Source: the human T2T-CHM13v2.0 reference genome, Homo sapiens
Length of the DNA: 64,000 nucleotides
NCBI GenBank assembly: GCA_009914755.4
Contig: CP068257.2
Span: 10,112,001-10,176,000, forward strand
Direction of reading: 5' to 3'
In this document: piece after piece, positions 26,401-42,012 of the stretch
Numbering within the stretch: the stretch's first letter is position 1
Layout: each line of letters begins with the position of its first letter
The notes under the pieces: model-generated
Told to the model about the DNA's origin: nothing
Databases searched by the model: none
Seen by the model: the letters and a program-made list of their open reading frames with translations, nothing else
Position numbers and translations under genes: made by a program

Positions 26401-26626
26401 CTCTCATTTGTTTAATCAGTTTTTTAACTCTCTTTTTGTATAATCTGCAAGTGGACATTTGGAGTGCTTTGAGGCCTATAGTGGAAAAGGAAGCATCTTC
26501 ACCTAAAAACTAGACAGAAGAATTCTGAGAAACTTCTTTGTGATGTGTGCATTCATCTCACAGAGTTGAGCATTCTTTTGAATGAGTAGTTTGGAAACAA
26601 TCTTTTTGTGGAGTCTGCAGGTGGAC
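20416..26626 (+). repeat. Alpha satellite array in consensus (forward) orientation, inverted relative to the alpha satellite on the other side of the HSat3 block
   Basis: 171-bp monomers read as ggcctatggtggaaaaggaaatatcttcacataaaaactagacagaagcattctgagaaacttctttgtgatgtgtgcattcatctcacagagttgaacctttcttttgattgagcagtttggaaacactctttttgtagaatctgcaagtggacatttggagc, which is the forward alpha consensus. Both gagcagtttggaaac and gagcagttttgaaac types are present. Confidence 0.93.
21100..23200 (+). repeat. Local 6-monomer (~1026 bp) higher-order periodicity within the forward alpha domain, ~2 copies plus a partial copy
   Basis: The distinctive variants ctgcaagtggagattaagagc (21395-21425 vs 22420-22448) and ttgatgtac[ca]agttttgaaatac (21200 vs 22225) recur at an offset of ~1024 bp. 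The blocks ...gtaaaatctcccagtggacatt... and ...cactgagtga[at]acc... recur at the same offset. Third-copy similarity at ~22860-23200 vs 21830-22170 is ~90% by eye. Confidence 0.7.
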
Positions 26627-26633
26627 TGTCACA
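26621..26633. other. Alpha-satellite strand-switch (inversion) junction, head-to-head at the same monomer position
   Basis: A forward-orientation monomer ends ...gtttggaaacaatctttttgtggagtctgcaggtggac (26626). This is followed by tgtc and then acaatgagagagtttcaaaactgttcaatcaaaagaaag..., which is reverse-orientation alpha (compare ctacaaaaagagagtttcaaaactgctc). All monomers downstream are reverse-oriented. Confidence 0.85.
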
Positions 26634-29600
26634 ATGAGAGAGTTTCAAAACTGTTCAATCAAAAGAAAGTTTTAACTCTGTGAGATGAATACACACATCA
26701 CAAAGAAGTTTCTCAGTTTGCTTCTGTCTACAAATTATGTGAAGATATTTCCTTTTCTACCATAGGCCACAAAGTGCTCCAAATATCCACTTGCAGATTC
26801 TGCAAAAAGAGTGTTTTGAAAGTGCTCAATCAAAGGAAAGGTTCAACTTTGTGAGAAGAATGCATGCATCACAAACAAATTTCTCAGATAGCTTTTGTAT
26901 AGATTTTATGTGAGGGTATTTTGTTTTCTAACATAGGTCACAAAGACCTCCAAATATCCACTTGCAGATTCTACAAAAAGAGAGTTTCAAAACTGCTCTA
27001 TCAAAATAATGGTTAAAATCTGTGACTTGAATGCACACATAACAACGAAGTTTCCCAGAAAGCTTCTGTGTAGTTTTTATCTGAAGATATTTTCTTTTCC
27101 AAAATAGAGCACAAAGCCCGTCAAATTTCCACTTCCGGATTCTACAAAAAAAGTGTTTCCAAATTACTCAGTCAATAGAAAGATTCAACCCTTTTTGATG
27201 AATGCACTCATCACAAAGATGTTTCCAAGAATGATTCTGTGTAGTTTTTATTTGAAGATATTTCCTTTTCCAACGTAGGCTGCAAAGGGCTCCAAATTTC
27301 CACCTGCAGATGCTACAAAAAGAGAGATTCAAAACTGCTCAATCAAAAGATAGGTTCAACTCTGTCAGTTGAATGCACACATCACAAAGAAGTTTCTCAG
27401 AATGCCTCTGTGTAGTTTTTATGTGAAGATATTTCCTTTTCCACAATAGGCCGCAAAGCACTCCAAATATCCACTTGCAGATTCTGCAAAAAGAGAGATT
27501 CAAAACTGTTCAATCAAAAGATGGGTTCGACTCTGTGAGTTGAATGCACACCTCACAACAAAGTTTCTCAGAATGCTTCTGTGTAATTTTTATTTGAAAA
27601 TATTTGCTTTTCCACAGTAGACCTCAAAGCGATACAAATATCCACTTGCAGATTCTGCAAAAAGAGAGATTCAAAACCGCTCAATCAAAAGATAGGCACA
27701 ACTCTGTGTGTTGAATGCACACATAACAAAGGAGTTTCTCCGAATAATTCTGTGCAGTTTTTATGTTAAGATATTTCCTTTTCCAAAATAGGCCTCAAAG
27801 CCCTCCAAATATCCACTTCCAGATTCTACAAAAACAGTGTTTCAAAACTGCTCAATCAAAAGAAACTTTCAACTCTGTGTGATGAATGCACTTAACACAA
27901 AGAAGTTTTTCAGAATGCTTATGTGTAGTTTTTATTTGAAGATATTTCTTTTTCCAACACAGGGTGCAAAGAGCTCCAAATATCCACTTCCAGATTCTAC
28001 AAATGGAGAAATTGAAAACTGCTCAATCAAAAAATTCGTTCAATACTGTGAATTGAATGAACACATAACAGAGAAGTTTGTCAGAATGCTTCTGTGTAGT
28101 TTTTATGTGAGGATATTTCCGTTTCCAAAATAAGCCTCAAAGACCTCGAAATATCCACTTCCATCTTCTACAAAAGGAGAGTTTCAAAACTACTCAATCA
28201 AAAGAAAGTTTCAAGTCTGTGATGAATGCACTCATCATAAAGAAGTTTCTCTGAATACTTCTGTGTAGTTTTTATTTGAAGATATTTCCTTTTCTACAAC
28301 ATGTCTCAAAGCTCTACAAATATCCACTTGCAGATTCTGGAAAAATACTGTTTCAAAACTGCTCCCTGAAAGGAAGTGTTCAACCCTGTGAGATGAATGC
28401 ACACAACACAAAGAAGTTTCTCAGAATGCTTCTATGTAGTTTCTATTTGACGATATGTCCTTTTCCACCATTGGCTGCAAAGGGCTCCAAATATCCAGTA
28501 GCAGATCCTACAAAACAGATATTCAAAACTGCTGAATCAAAAGATACGTTCAACACTGAGAGTTGAATGCACACCTCACAAAGAAGTTTCTCAGAATGCT
28601 TCTGGTTAGTTTTTATGTGAAGATGTTTCCTTTTCCACATTTGGCCTCAAAGCTCTAAAATATCTGCCTGCAGATCCTGCAAAAAGAGTGTTTCAAAACT
28701 GCTCAATCAAAGGAAAGATTCAACTCTCTGTGATGAATGCACTCACCACAAAGAAGTTTCTTTGAAAGCTTCTGTGCATTATTTATTTGAAGATATTTCC
28801 TTTTCCACCATAGGTTGCAAAGGGCTCCAAATATCCACTTGCCGAATCTACAAAAAGAGTTTCAATCAATAGATAGGTTCAACCATGTGAGTTGAAAGCA
28901 CACATCACAAAGAAGTTTCTCAGAATTCTTCTGTGTATTTTTTATGTGTGAAGATATTTCCTTTTCCACAATAGGCCTCAAATCGCTCCAAATATCCAAT
29001 TAGAGATTCTACCAAAAGAGAGATTCAAAACTGCTCAATCAAAAGAAAGGTTCAACTCTGTGAGATGAATGCACACATCACAAGGAAGTTTCTCAGAATG
29101 CTTCCGTGTAGTCTTTAGGTGAAGATATTTGCTTTTCCACAGTAGGCCTCAAAGCCCTCCAAATACCTACTTGCAGATTCTACAAAAAGAGTTTTTCAAA
29201 ACTGCTCAATCATAAGAAAGGTTCAACCTTGGGAGTTGAATGCACACATCACAAAGACGTTTCTCATAATCCTTCTGTGTAGTTTTAATTTGAAGATATT
29301 TCCTTTTCAACCATAGGCCGCAAAGGGCTCCAAATATCCACTTGTAGATTCTACAAAAAGTGACATTCAAAACTGCTCAATGAAAAGATAAGTCCAACTC
29401 TGTGGGTTGAATCCATACCTCACAAAGAACTTTCTCAGAATGCTTCTCTGTAGTTTTTATGTGAATATATTTTCTTTTCCACAATAGGCCTCAAAGCTTT
29501 CCAAATATCCACTTGCATATTCTGCAAAAAGAGAGATTCAAAACTGCTCTATCAAAAGATAGGTTCGACTCCGTGAGTTGAATGCAAACATCACAAAGAA

Positions 29601-32600
29601 TTTTCTCAGAATGCTTCTGTGTAGTTTTTATGTGAAGATATTTCGTTTTCCACCATAGGGCGAAATGGGGCTCCAAATATCCACTTGCAGATTCTACAAA
29701 AAGAAATTCTAAGCGGCTCAATCAAAAGATAGGTTCCACACTGTTAGTTGAATGCACACTTCCCAAAGAAGTTTCTCAGAATGCTTCTGTGTAGTTTTTA
29801 TGTCAAGATATTTTCTTTTACACAATAGGCCTCAAATCTCTCTAAATATCCACTTGCAGATTCTACAAAACGAGTGTTTCAAAACTGCTCAATCATAAGA
29901 TAGGAGCAACTCTGAGAGTTGAATGCACACATCACAAAGAAGTTTCTCAGAATGCTTCTGTGTAGTTTTAATTTGAAGATATTTCATTTTCCAAAACAGG
30001 CTTCAAAGCTCTCCAAATATCCAATTGGTGATTCTGCAAAAAGAGGGTTTCAATACTGCTCAATAAAAAGAAAGGTTCAACTCTGTGAGGAATGCATTCA
30101 TCACAAAGAAGTTTCTCTGAATGCTTCTGTGTAGTTTTTATGTGAAGATATTTCCTTTTCCACAATAGGGTGCAAAGAGCTCCAAATATCCACTTGCAGA
30201 TTCTACCAAAAAAGAGATACAAAAGTTCTCAATGAAAAGATAAGTTCAACTCTGTGAGTTGAATGCATATCTCACAAAGAAGTTTCTCAAAATGCTTCTG
30301 TGTAGTTTTTATGTGAAGATTTTTGATTTTCCACAGTAGGCCTCAAAGCGCTCCAAATATCCACTCACAGATTCTGCAAAAAGAGAGATTCAAATCTGCT
30401 GAATCAAAAGATAGGTTCAACTCTGTGACTTCAATGCAAACCTCACAAAGGTGTTTCTCAGAAAGCTTCTGTGTAGTTTGTATATGAAGATATCTCCTTC
30501 TCCAAAACAGAACTCAAAGCCCTCCAAATATTTACTTCCAGATTCTACAGAAAGATTGCCTCAAAACTGCTAAATCAAAACAAAGGTTCAACTCTGTGAT
30601 GAATGCGCTCATCAGAAAGAAGGTTCTCTGAATGCTTCTGTGTAGTTTCTATTTGAAGATATTTCCTTTTCCACTATAGGGCGAAATAGGGCTCCAAATA
30701 TTCACTTGCAGATTCTACAAAAAGAGAGATTCTAAACTGCTCAATCAACAGATAGGTTCAACACTGTGAGTTGAATGCACACATCACAAATAAGTTTCGC
30801 AGAATGCTTCTGGGTAGTTTTTATTTGAAGATATTTCCCTTTCCACAATAGGCCGCAAATCGCTCTAAATATCCACTTGCAGATTCTACAAAAAGAGTGT
30901 TTCAAAACTGCTCAATCAAAAGAAAGGTTCTACTCTGTGAGATGAATACACACATGACAAAGTAGTTTCTCAGAATGCTTCTGCGTAGTTTTTATGTGAA
31001 GATATTTCCTTCTCCACTATAGGCCTCAAAAGGCTCCAAATATCCACTTGCAGATTCCAAAAAAATAGTGTTTCAAAACTGCTGTATCAAAAGAAAGATT
31101 CAACTCTGTGCGATGAATGCACAGATCACAAAGAAGTTTCTCAGAATGCTTCTGTGTAGTTTTTATGTGAAGATATTTGTTTTTCCACAGTAGGCCCCAA
31201 TGAGCTCCAAATATCCACTTGCAGATTCTTCAAAAAGAGTGTTTCAAAACTGCTCAATCAACAGAGACATTCAGTTCTGTGAGATGAATGCACACATCAC
31301 AAAGAAGTTTCTCAGAATGCTTCTGTGTAGTTTTTATGTGAAGATATTTGATTTTCCACAGTTCGCCTCAAAGTGCTCCAAATATCCACTCGCAGATTCT
31401 GCAAAAAGAGAGATTCAAAACTGCTGAATCAAAAGATAGGTTCAACACTGTGACTTCAGTGCACACCTCACAAAGATGTTTCTCAGAATGCTTCTATGTA
31501 GTTTTCATATGAAGATATCTCCATCTCCAAAATAGAACTCAAAGCCCTCCAAATATTCACTTCCAGATTCTACGGAAAGATTGTCTCAAAACTGCTCAGT
31601 CAAAACAAGGGTTCAATTCTGTGATATGAATGCACACGTCACAGAGAAGTTTCTCAAAATGCTTCTGTCTAGTTTTTTTTGAAGATATTTCCTTTTCCAC
31701 CATAGGCCACAAAGGTCTTCAAATATCCACATGCTGCTTCTACAAAAAGAGAGATTAAAAACTGCTCAATCAAAAGATAGGTTCAACTCTGTGAGTTGAG
31801 TGCACATCTCACAAAGAAGTTCCTCAGAATGCTTCTGTGTAGTTTTTATGTGAAGATATTTCCTTTTCCAAAATAGACCTCGAAGTCCTCCAAATGTCCA
31901 CTTCCAGACTCTACAAAAAGTGTGTTTCAAAACTACTCAATCAAAAGAAAAGTTCAACTCTGTGAGATGAATGCACACATCACAAAGTGGTTTCTCAGAA
32001 TGCTTCTGTGTAGTTTTTATTTGAAGATATTTTCTTTTCCACCATGGGTCACAAAGGGCTCCTAATACCCACTTGCAGATTCTACAAAAAGAGAGATTCA
32101 AAAAGGCTCAATCAAAAGATAGGCTCTCCCCTGTGAGTTGAATGCACACATCACAAAGTAGTTTCTGAGAAGGCTTCTGTGTAGTTTTTATTTGAAGATA
32201 TTTCCTTTTCCACAATAGGCCTCAAAGCTCTCCAAATATCCACTTGCTAATTCTTCAAAAAGATCGCTTCAACACTGCTCTATAAAAAGGAAGTTTCAAC
32301 TCCATTAGATGACTGCACACATCACAAAGAAGTTTCTCAGAATGCCTCTGTGTAGTTTTTATGTAAAGATATTTCCTTTTCCACAATAGGCGTCAAAGGC
32401 CTCCAAATATCTACTTGCAGAATCTTCAAAAAGAGTGTTTCAAAAGTGCTCAATCAAAAGAAAATTTAAACTCCGTGAGATGAATGCATACATCACAAAG
32501 AAGGTTCTGAGAATGCTTCTGTCTTGTTTTTATGTGAAGATATTTGATTCTCCACTGTAGGCAACAAAGCGCTCCAAATATCCACTTTCAGATTCTACAA

Positions 32601-35600
32601 AAAGAGTGTTTTGAAACTGCTCAACCATAAGATAGGTTCAACCTTGTGAGATGAATGCACACAACACAAAGTAGTTTCTCAGAATGTTTTTGTGTAGTTT
32701 TTATTTGAAGATATTTCCTTTTCCACCATAGGCCACAAAGGGCTCCAAACTTCCACTTGCAGATTCTACAAAAAGAGAGATTCAAAACTGTTCAATCAAA
32801 AGATAGTTTCAACTCTGCGTGTTGAATGCACACATCACAAAGAAGTTTCTCTGAATGCTTCTGTGTTGTGTTTGTTTATGTGAAGATATTTGCTTTTCCA
32901 CTATAGGACGAAATAGGGCTCCAAATATCCACTTGCAGATTCTGCAAAAAGGGAGATTCAAAACTGTGCAATCAAAAGATAAGTTCTACTATGTGAGTTG
33001 AAGGCACACAAAACAAAGAAGCTTCTCAGAATGCCTCTGTGTAGTTTTTATGTGAATATATTTGATTTTCCACAGCAGGCCTCAAAGGGCTCCAAATATC
33101 CACTTTCAGATTCTGAAATAAGAGAGATTCAAAACTGCTCAATCAAATGATAGGTTCAACTCAGTGAGTTGAATGCACACCTCACAAAGAAGTTTTTCAT
33201 AAAGTTTCTGTGTAGTTTTTATGTGAAGACATCTCCTTCTCCAAAATAGGCTTCAAAGACCTCCAAATATGCACTTCCAGATTCTATGAAAAGAGTGTTT
33301 CAAAACTGCTCAATCCAAAGAAATGTTCAACACTGTGTGATGAATGCCCTCATCACAAAGAAGTTTCTCTGAATGCTTCTGTGTATTTTGTATTTGAAGA
33401 TGATATTTCCTTTTCCACCATAGGGCTCATAGGGTTCCAAATATCCACTTGCAGATTCTACAAAAAGAGTGTTCCAAAACTGCTCAATCAAAAGAAACGC
33501 CCAACACTGTGAGATGAATGCACACATCAAAAAGTAGTTTCTCAGAATGCTTCTGTGTAGTTTTTATGTGAAGACATTTGCTTTTCCACAGAAGGTCTCA
33601 AAGTGCTCCAAATATCCACTTGCAGATTCTACAAAATGAGTGTTTAAAAACTGCTCAATCATTAGATAGGTTCAACCCTGTGAGATGAATCCACACATAA
33701 CAAAGTAGTTTTTCAGAATGTTTCTATGTAGTTTTTATTTGAAGGTATTTCCTTTTCCAACATAAGTCGCAAGGGGCTCCAAATATCCACTTGCAGATTC
33801 TACAAAAAGAGTGTTTCAAAACTGCTCCATCAAACGAACAGTTCAACTCTGTGTGATGAATGCACTCACCACAAGGAAGTTTCTCTGAATGCTTCTGTGT
33901 ATTATTTATATGAAAATATTTCCTTTTCCACCATGGGCCGCAAAGGGCTCCAAATATCCACTTGCAGATTCTACAAAAAGGGAGATTCAAAACTGCTCAA
34001 TTAAAAGATAGGTTCCACTCTGTGAGTTGAAAGTACAAATGACAAAGGAGTTTCTCAGAATGCTTTTGTGCAGTTTTTTGGGAAGATATTTGATTTCCAC
34101 AGTAGGCTTCAAAGCCCTCTGAATATCCTCCTGCAGATTCTGCAAAAATAGAGATTCAAAACTGCTCAATCAAAAGATAGGTTAAACTCTGTGAGTTGAA
34201 TGCACACATTAAAAAAAGTTTCTCAGAATGCTTCTGTGTAGTTTTTTTGTGAAGATATTTGATTTTCCAGAGTACGCATCAAGTCGCTCCAAATATCCAC
34301 TTGCAGATTCTATAATGAGTTTTTCAAAACTACTCAATCAAACGTAACGTTCAATTCTGTGTGACAAATGCACACATCACAAAGAATTTTCTCAGAATGA
34401 TTCTGTGTAGTTCTTATGGGAAGACATTTCCTTTTCCAACATCTGCCACAAAGGGCTCCACCTCTGCGAGTTGAATGCACTCATCACAAACAGATTCTCA
34501 GAATGCTTCTGTGTAGATTTATGGGAAGATATTTCCTTTTCCACCATAGGCTTCAAAGTGCTCCAAATATTCACTTGCAGTTTTGACAAAGATAGAATTT
34601 CACAACTGCTCAAACAAAAGAAAGGTTCAACTCTCTGAGATGAAAGCACACATCAAAAAGAAGTTTCTCAGAAGCTTTCTGTGTAGTTTTTATGTGAAGA
34701 TATTTCCTTTTCCACCATAGCCCTCAAAGATCTCCAAATATCCACTTACAGATTGTACAAAAAGAGAGGTTCAAACTGGTCTATAAGAAGATACATTCAA
34801 CTCTTTGAGTTGAATGCACACATCACAAATAAGTTTCTCAGAATGATACTGTGCAGTTTTTATGTGAAGATATTTCCTTTTCCACCATAGGCTGCAAAGG
34901 GCTCCAAATATCCACTTGCAGATTCTACAAAAAGAGAGTTTCAAAACTGCTCTATCAAAATACATGTTCAACTCTCTGATATGAATGCACACATCACAAA
35001 GAAATTTCTCAGAATGCCCCTTTGTAGTTTTTATGTGAAGATATTTCCTTTTACACAGTAGATCCCAAAGCGCTCCATATATCCACTTGCAGATACTACA
35101 AAAAGAGTGTTCCCAAACTGCTCAATCAAAGAGAGGTTCCACCCTGTGAGATAAATGCACACATCACAAAAAAGTTTCTCAGAATATCTCTGTGTAGTTT
35201 TCATGTGAAGATAATTCCTTTTCCACTGTAGGCCTCAAAGCGCTTCAGATATCCACTTGCAGGTTCTACAAAAAGAGTGTTTCAAAACTGCTCAATAAAA
35301 AGAAAGGTTCAGCTCTAAGAGATGAATGCGCACATCACAAAGAAGTTACTCAGAATGCTTCTGTGTAGTTTTTATGCTGAAGATATTTCCTTTTCCACAA
35401 TAGGCCTCAAAGCTCTCCAAGTATCCACTTGCAGATTTTAATAAAATAGAGTTTCCAAACTGCTCAATCAAAAGAGAGGTTCACCTCTGTGAGATGAATG
35501 CCCACATCACAAAGAATTTTCTCAGAATGCTTCTGTGTAGTTTTTATGAGATGATATTTCCTTTTCCAAAATGAGCCACAAAGGGCTCCAAATGTCCATT

Positions 35601-35997
35601 TGCAGATTCTACATAAAGAGGGTATCAAAACTGCTCAGTAAAAGGAAAGGTTTAACTCTTTGAGATGAACGCACACGTAACAAAGAAGTTTCTGAGAATG
35701 CATCCTTGTAGTTTTTATGGAAAGATATCTCCTTTTCCACCATCGGCCACATGTGGCTCCAAGTATCCACTTTGAGATCATATGAAAAGAGTGTTTCAAA
35801 ACATTTCAATCTAATGCAATATTCAACACTGTGAAATGAATGCACACATCAGAAATAAGTTTCTCAGAATGCTTCTGTGTGGTTTTTAGGTGAAGATATT
35901 TCCTTTTCCACCATAGGCAACAAAGGGCTCCAAATATGCACTTGGAGATTCTACATAAAGAGAGTTTCAAAACTGCTCTATGAAAAGATGGGTTCAG
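26627..35997 (-). repeat. Alpha satellite array, reverse orientation, second monomer family (ctgtgtagttttt, gtttcaaaactgctc, tccacttgcagattctacaaaaagag) with A/B dimeric alternation
   Basis: Regular alternation of A monomers (ccacaataggcctcaaagcgctccaaatatccacttgcagattctacaaaaagagtgtttcaaaactgctcaatcaaaagaaaggttcaactctgtgagatgaatgc) and B monomers (ccaccataggctgcaaagggctccaaatatccacttgcagattctacaaaaagagagtttcaaaactgctctatcaaaagataggttcaactctgtgagttgaatgc), clearest at 28700-29700. The first 2-3 monomers after 26627 are transitional (ctgtctacaaatt, ttttgtatagatttt). Confidence 0.92.
35982..35997 (+). other. Target-site duplication (5' copy) of the full-length L1: gaaaagatgggttcag
   Basis: Identical 16-mer at 41997-42012, directly after the poly(A). 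Removing L1 plus one copy restores a normal B-type alpha monomer (ctctatgaaaagatgggttcagctctgtgagttgaatgc). Confidence 0.9.
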
Positions 35998-36902
35998 GTT
36001 GGGGAGGAGCCAAGATGGTCGAATAGGAATAGCTCTGGTCTACAGCTCCCAGCGTGAGTGACACAGAAGACAGGTGATTTCTGCATTTCCATCTGAGGTA
36101 CCAGGTTCATCTCACTAGGGAGTGCCAGAGAGTGGGCGCAGGTCAGTGGGTGTACGCACCATGCATGAGCCAAAGCAGGGCAAGGCATTGCCTCACTCAG
36201 GAAGTGCAAGGGGTCAGGGAGTTCCCTTTCCTAGTCAAAGAAAGGGGTGACAGACAGTACCTGGAAAGTCGGGTCACTCCCATCCAAATACTGCACTTTT
36301 CCGATAGGTTTAAAAAACGGCACACCACGAGATTATATCCTGCACATGGCTCAGAGGGTCCTACTCCCAAGGAGTCTCACTGATTGCTAGCACAGCAGTC
36401 TGAGATCAAACTGCAAGGCAGCAGCGAGGCTGGGGGAGGGGTGCCCGCCATTGTCCAGGCTTGCTTAGGTAAACAAAGCAGCCAGGAAGCTGGAACTGGG
36501 TGGAGCCCACCACAGCTCAAGGAGGCCTGCCTGTCTCTGTGAGCTCCACCTCTGGGGGCAGGGCACAGACAAACAAAAAGACAGCAGAAACCTCTGCAGA
36601 TTTAAATGTCCCTGTCTGACAGCTTTGAAGAGAGCAGTGGTTCTCCCAGTACGCAGCTGGAGATCTGAGAAGGGACAGACTGCCTCCTCAAGTGGGTGCC
36701 TGACCCCTGACCCCCAGCAGCCTAACTGGGAGGCACCCCCCAACAGGGGCACATTGACACTTCATATGGCAGGGTACTCCAACAGAACTGCAGCTGAGGG
36801 TCCTGTCTGTTAGAAGGAAAACTAACAAACAGAAAGGACACCCACACCAAAAACCCATCTGTACATCACCATCAAAGACCAAAAGTAGCTAAAACCACAA
36901 AG
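35998..36902 (+). promoter_or_regulatory. L1 5'UTR (internal Pol II promoter region, ~0.9 kb); YY1-box position reads caagatggtcgaatag (variant of CAAGATGGCCGAATAG)
   Basis: Colinear with the L1HS 5'UTR up to the ORF1 ATG at 36903. The promoter call rests on established L1 biology; no activity is inferable from sequence, and the YY1 core carries a C>T change. Confidence 0.6.
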
Positions 36903-37879
36903 ATGGGGCAAAAACAGAACAGAAAAACTGGAAACTCTAAAAAGCAGAGCGCCTCTCCTCCTCCAAAGGAACGCAGTTCCTCACCAGCAACAGAACAAAG
37001 CTGGACGGAGAATGACTTTGACAAGCTGAGAGAAGAAGGCTTCAGACAATCAAATTACTCAGAGCTACGGGAGGACATTCAAACCAAAGGCAAATAAGTT
37101 GAAAACTTTGAAAAAAATTTAGAAGAATGAATAACTAGAATAACCAATACAGAGAAGTGCTTAAAGGAGCTCATGGACCTGAAAACCAAGGCTCAAGTAC
37201 TATGTGAAGAATGCAGAAGCCTCAGGAGCTGATGTGATCAACTGGAAGAAAGGGCATCAGTGATGGAAGATGAAATGAATGAAATGAAGTGAGAAGGGAA
37301 GTTTAGAGAAAAAAGAATAAAAAGAAATGAGCAAAGCCTCCAAGAAATATGGGAGTAGGTGAAAAGACCAAATCTACGTCTGATTGGTGTATCTGAAAAT
37401 GATGGGGAGAATGGAACCAAATTGGAAAACACTCTGCAGGATATTATCCAGAAGTTCCCCATTCTAGCAAGGCAGTCCAACATTCAGATTCAGAAAATAC
37501 AGAGAATGCCACAAAGATACTCCTTAAGAAGAGCAACTCCAAGACACATAATTGTCAGATTCACCAAAGTTGAAATGAAGGAAAAAATGCTAAGGGCAGG
37601 CAGAGAGAAAGGTCGGGTTACCCTCAAAGGGAAGCCCATCAGACTAACAGCGGATCTCTCAGCAGAAACCCTACAAACCAGAAGAGAGTGGGGGCCAATA
37701 TTCAACATTCTTAAAGAAAAGAATTTTCAACACAGAATTTCATATCCAGCCAAACTAAGCTTCCTAAGTGAAAGAGAAATAAAATACTTTACAGACAAGC
37801 AAATGCTGAGAGATTTTGTCACCACCAGGCCTGCCCTAAAAGAGCTCCTGAAGGAAGCGCTAAACATGGAAAGGAACAA
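36903..37879 (+). pseudogene. L1 ORF1 (ORF1p, RNA-binding chaperone) pseudogene: premature TAA at 37095-37097 and 3' end removed by deletion
   Basis: Translation MGQKQNRKTGNSKKQSASPPPKERSSSPATEQSWTENDFDKLREEGFRQSNYSELREDIQTKGK* matches the L1 ORF1p N-terminus. The ORF-track fragment 37359..37919 contains the ORF1p C-terminal domain (...YPAKLSFLSEREIKYFTDKQMLRDFVTTRPALKELLKEALNMERNN) and then runs into ORF2 sequence. Confidence 0.9.
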
Positions 37880-41679
<3,800 letters not shown>

Positions 41680-41898
41680 ACAATGAGATCACATGGACAC
41701 AGGAAGGGGAACATCACACTCTGGGGACTGATGAGGGGTGGGGGGAGGGGGGAGGGATAGCATTAGGAGATATACCTAATGCTAGATGACAAGTTAGTGG
41801 GTGCAGTGCACCAGCATGGCACATGTATACATATGTAACTAACCTGCACAATGTGCACATGTACCCTAAAACTTACAGTATAATAATAAAAGAAAAAA

Positions 41899-41980
41899 AC
41901 TTAAACCAAAAAAAATTTTAGCAAGTTTTAAATCAATTTACTACCTGTATTTTAGGTTAAATAAAATTAAATCCGCAATT
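41899..41980 (+). other. Candidate L1 3' transduction (~65-80 bp of non-L1, non-satellite sequence between the L1 3'UTR end and the terminal poly(A))
   Basis: After the L1 3'UTR/A-run (ends ~41898) comes ttaaaccaaaaaaaattttagcaagttttaaatcaatttactacctgtattttaggttaaataaaattaaatccgcaatt. It is followed by the poly(A) aaaaaaaaaaagaaaagaaaa (41981-41996) and then the TSD. The segment matches neither L1, alpha satellite nor HSat3. Confidence 0.55.
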
Positions 41981-41996
41981 AAAAAAAAAAAGAAAA

Positions 41997-42012
41997 GAAA
42001 AGATGGGTTCAG
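41997..42012 (+). other. Target-site duplication (3' copy) of the full-length L1: gaaaagatgggttcag
   Basis: See the 5' copy at 35982-35997. Confidence 0.9.

Noticed and set aside
20416-26626. Assigning the forward-orientation alpha domain to the same family as the left-hand domain, as a simple inverted continuation
   Set aside because: It shares ctgtctag / gtttggaaac variants with the left domain, but it also carries tccacttgcag and gttttgaaactctc variants typical of the right domain. By eye it is a mixed or third type, so no family identity is claimed without formal monomer classification.
26521-26740. Possible recent perfect palindrome (inverted duplication) at the 26627 strand switch
   Set aside because: Reverse-complementing the left arm and aligning it to the right arm gives only roughly 85% identity over the first monomer. 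That is similar to ordinary inter-monomer similarity, so the junction is an old inversion or domain boundary rather than a fresh hairpin-mediated inverted duplication.
27255-27285. Partial CENP-B-box-like motif (tttccaacgtaggctg) and similar tttcgttttccacc sites at 29641, 45115 and 47161
   Set aside because: They lack the full YTTCGTTGGAARCGGGA core, in particular the CGGGA half, and occur sporadically rather than in every second monomer, so they are not called as functional CENP-B boxes.
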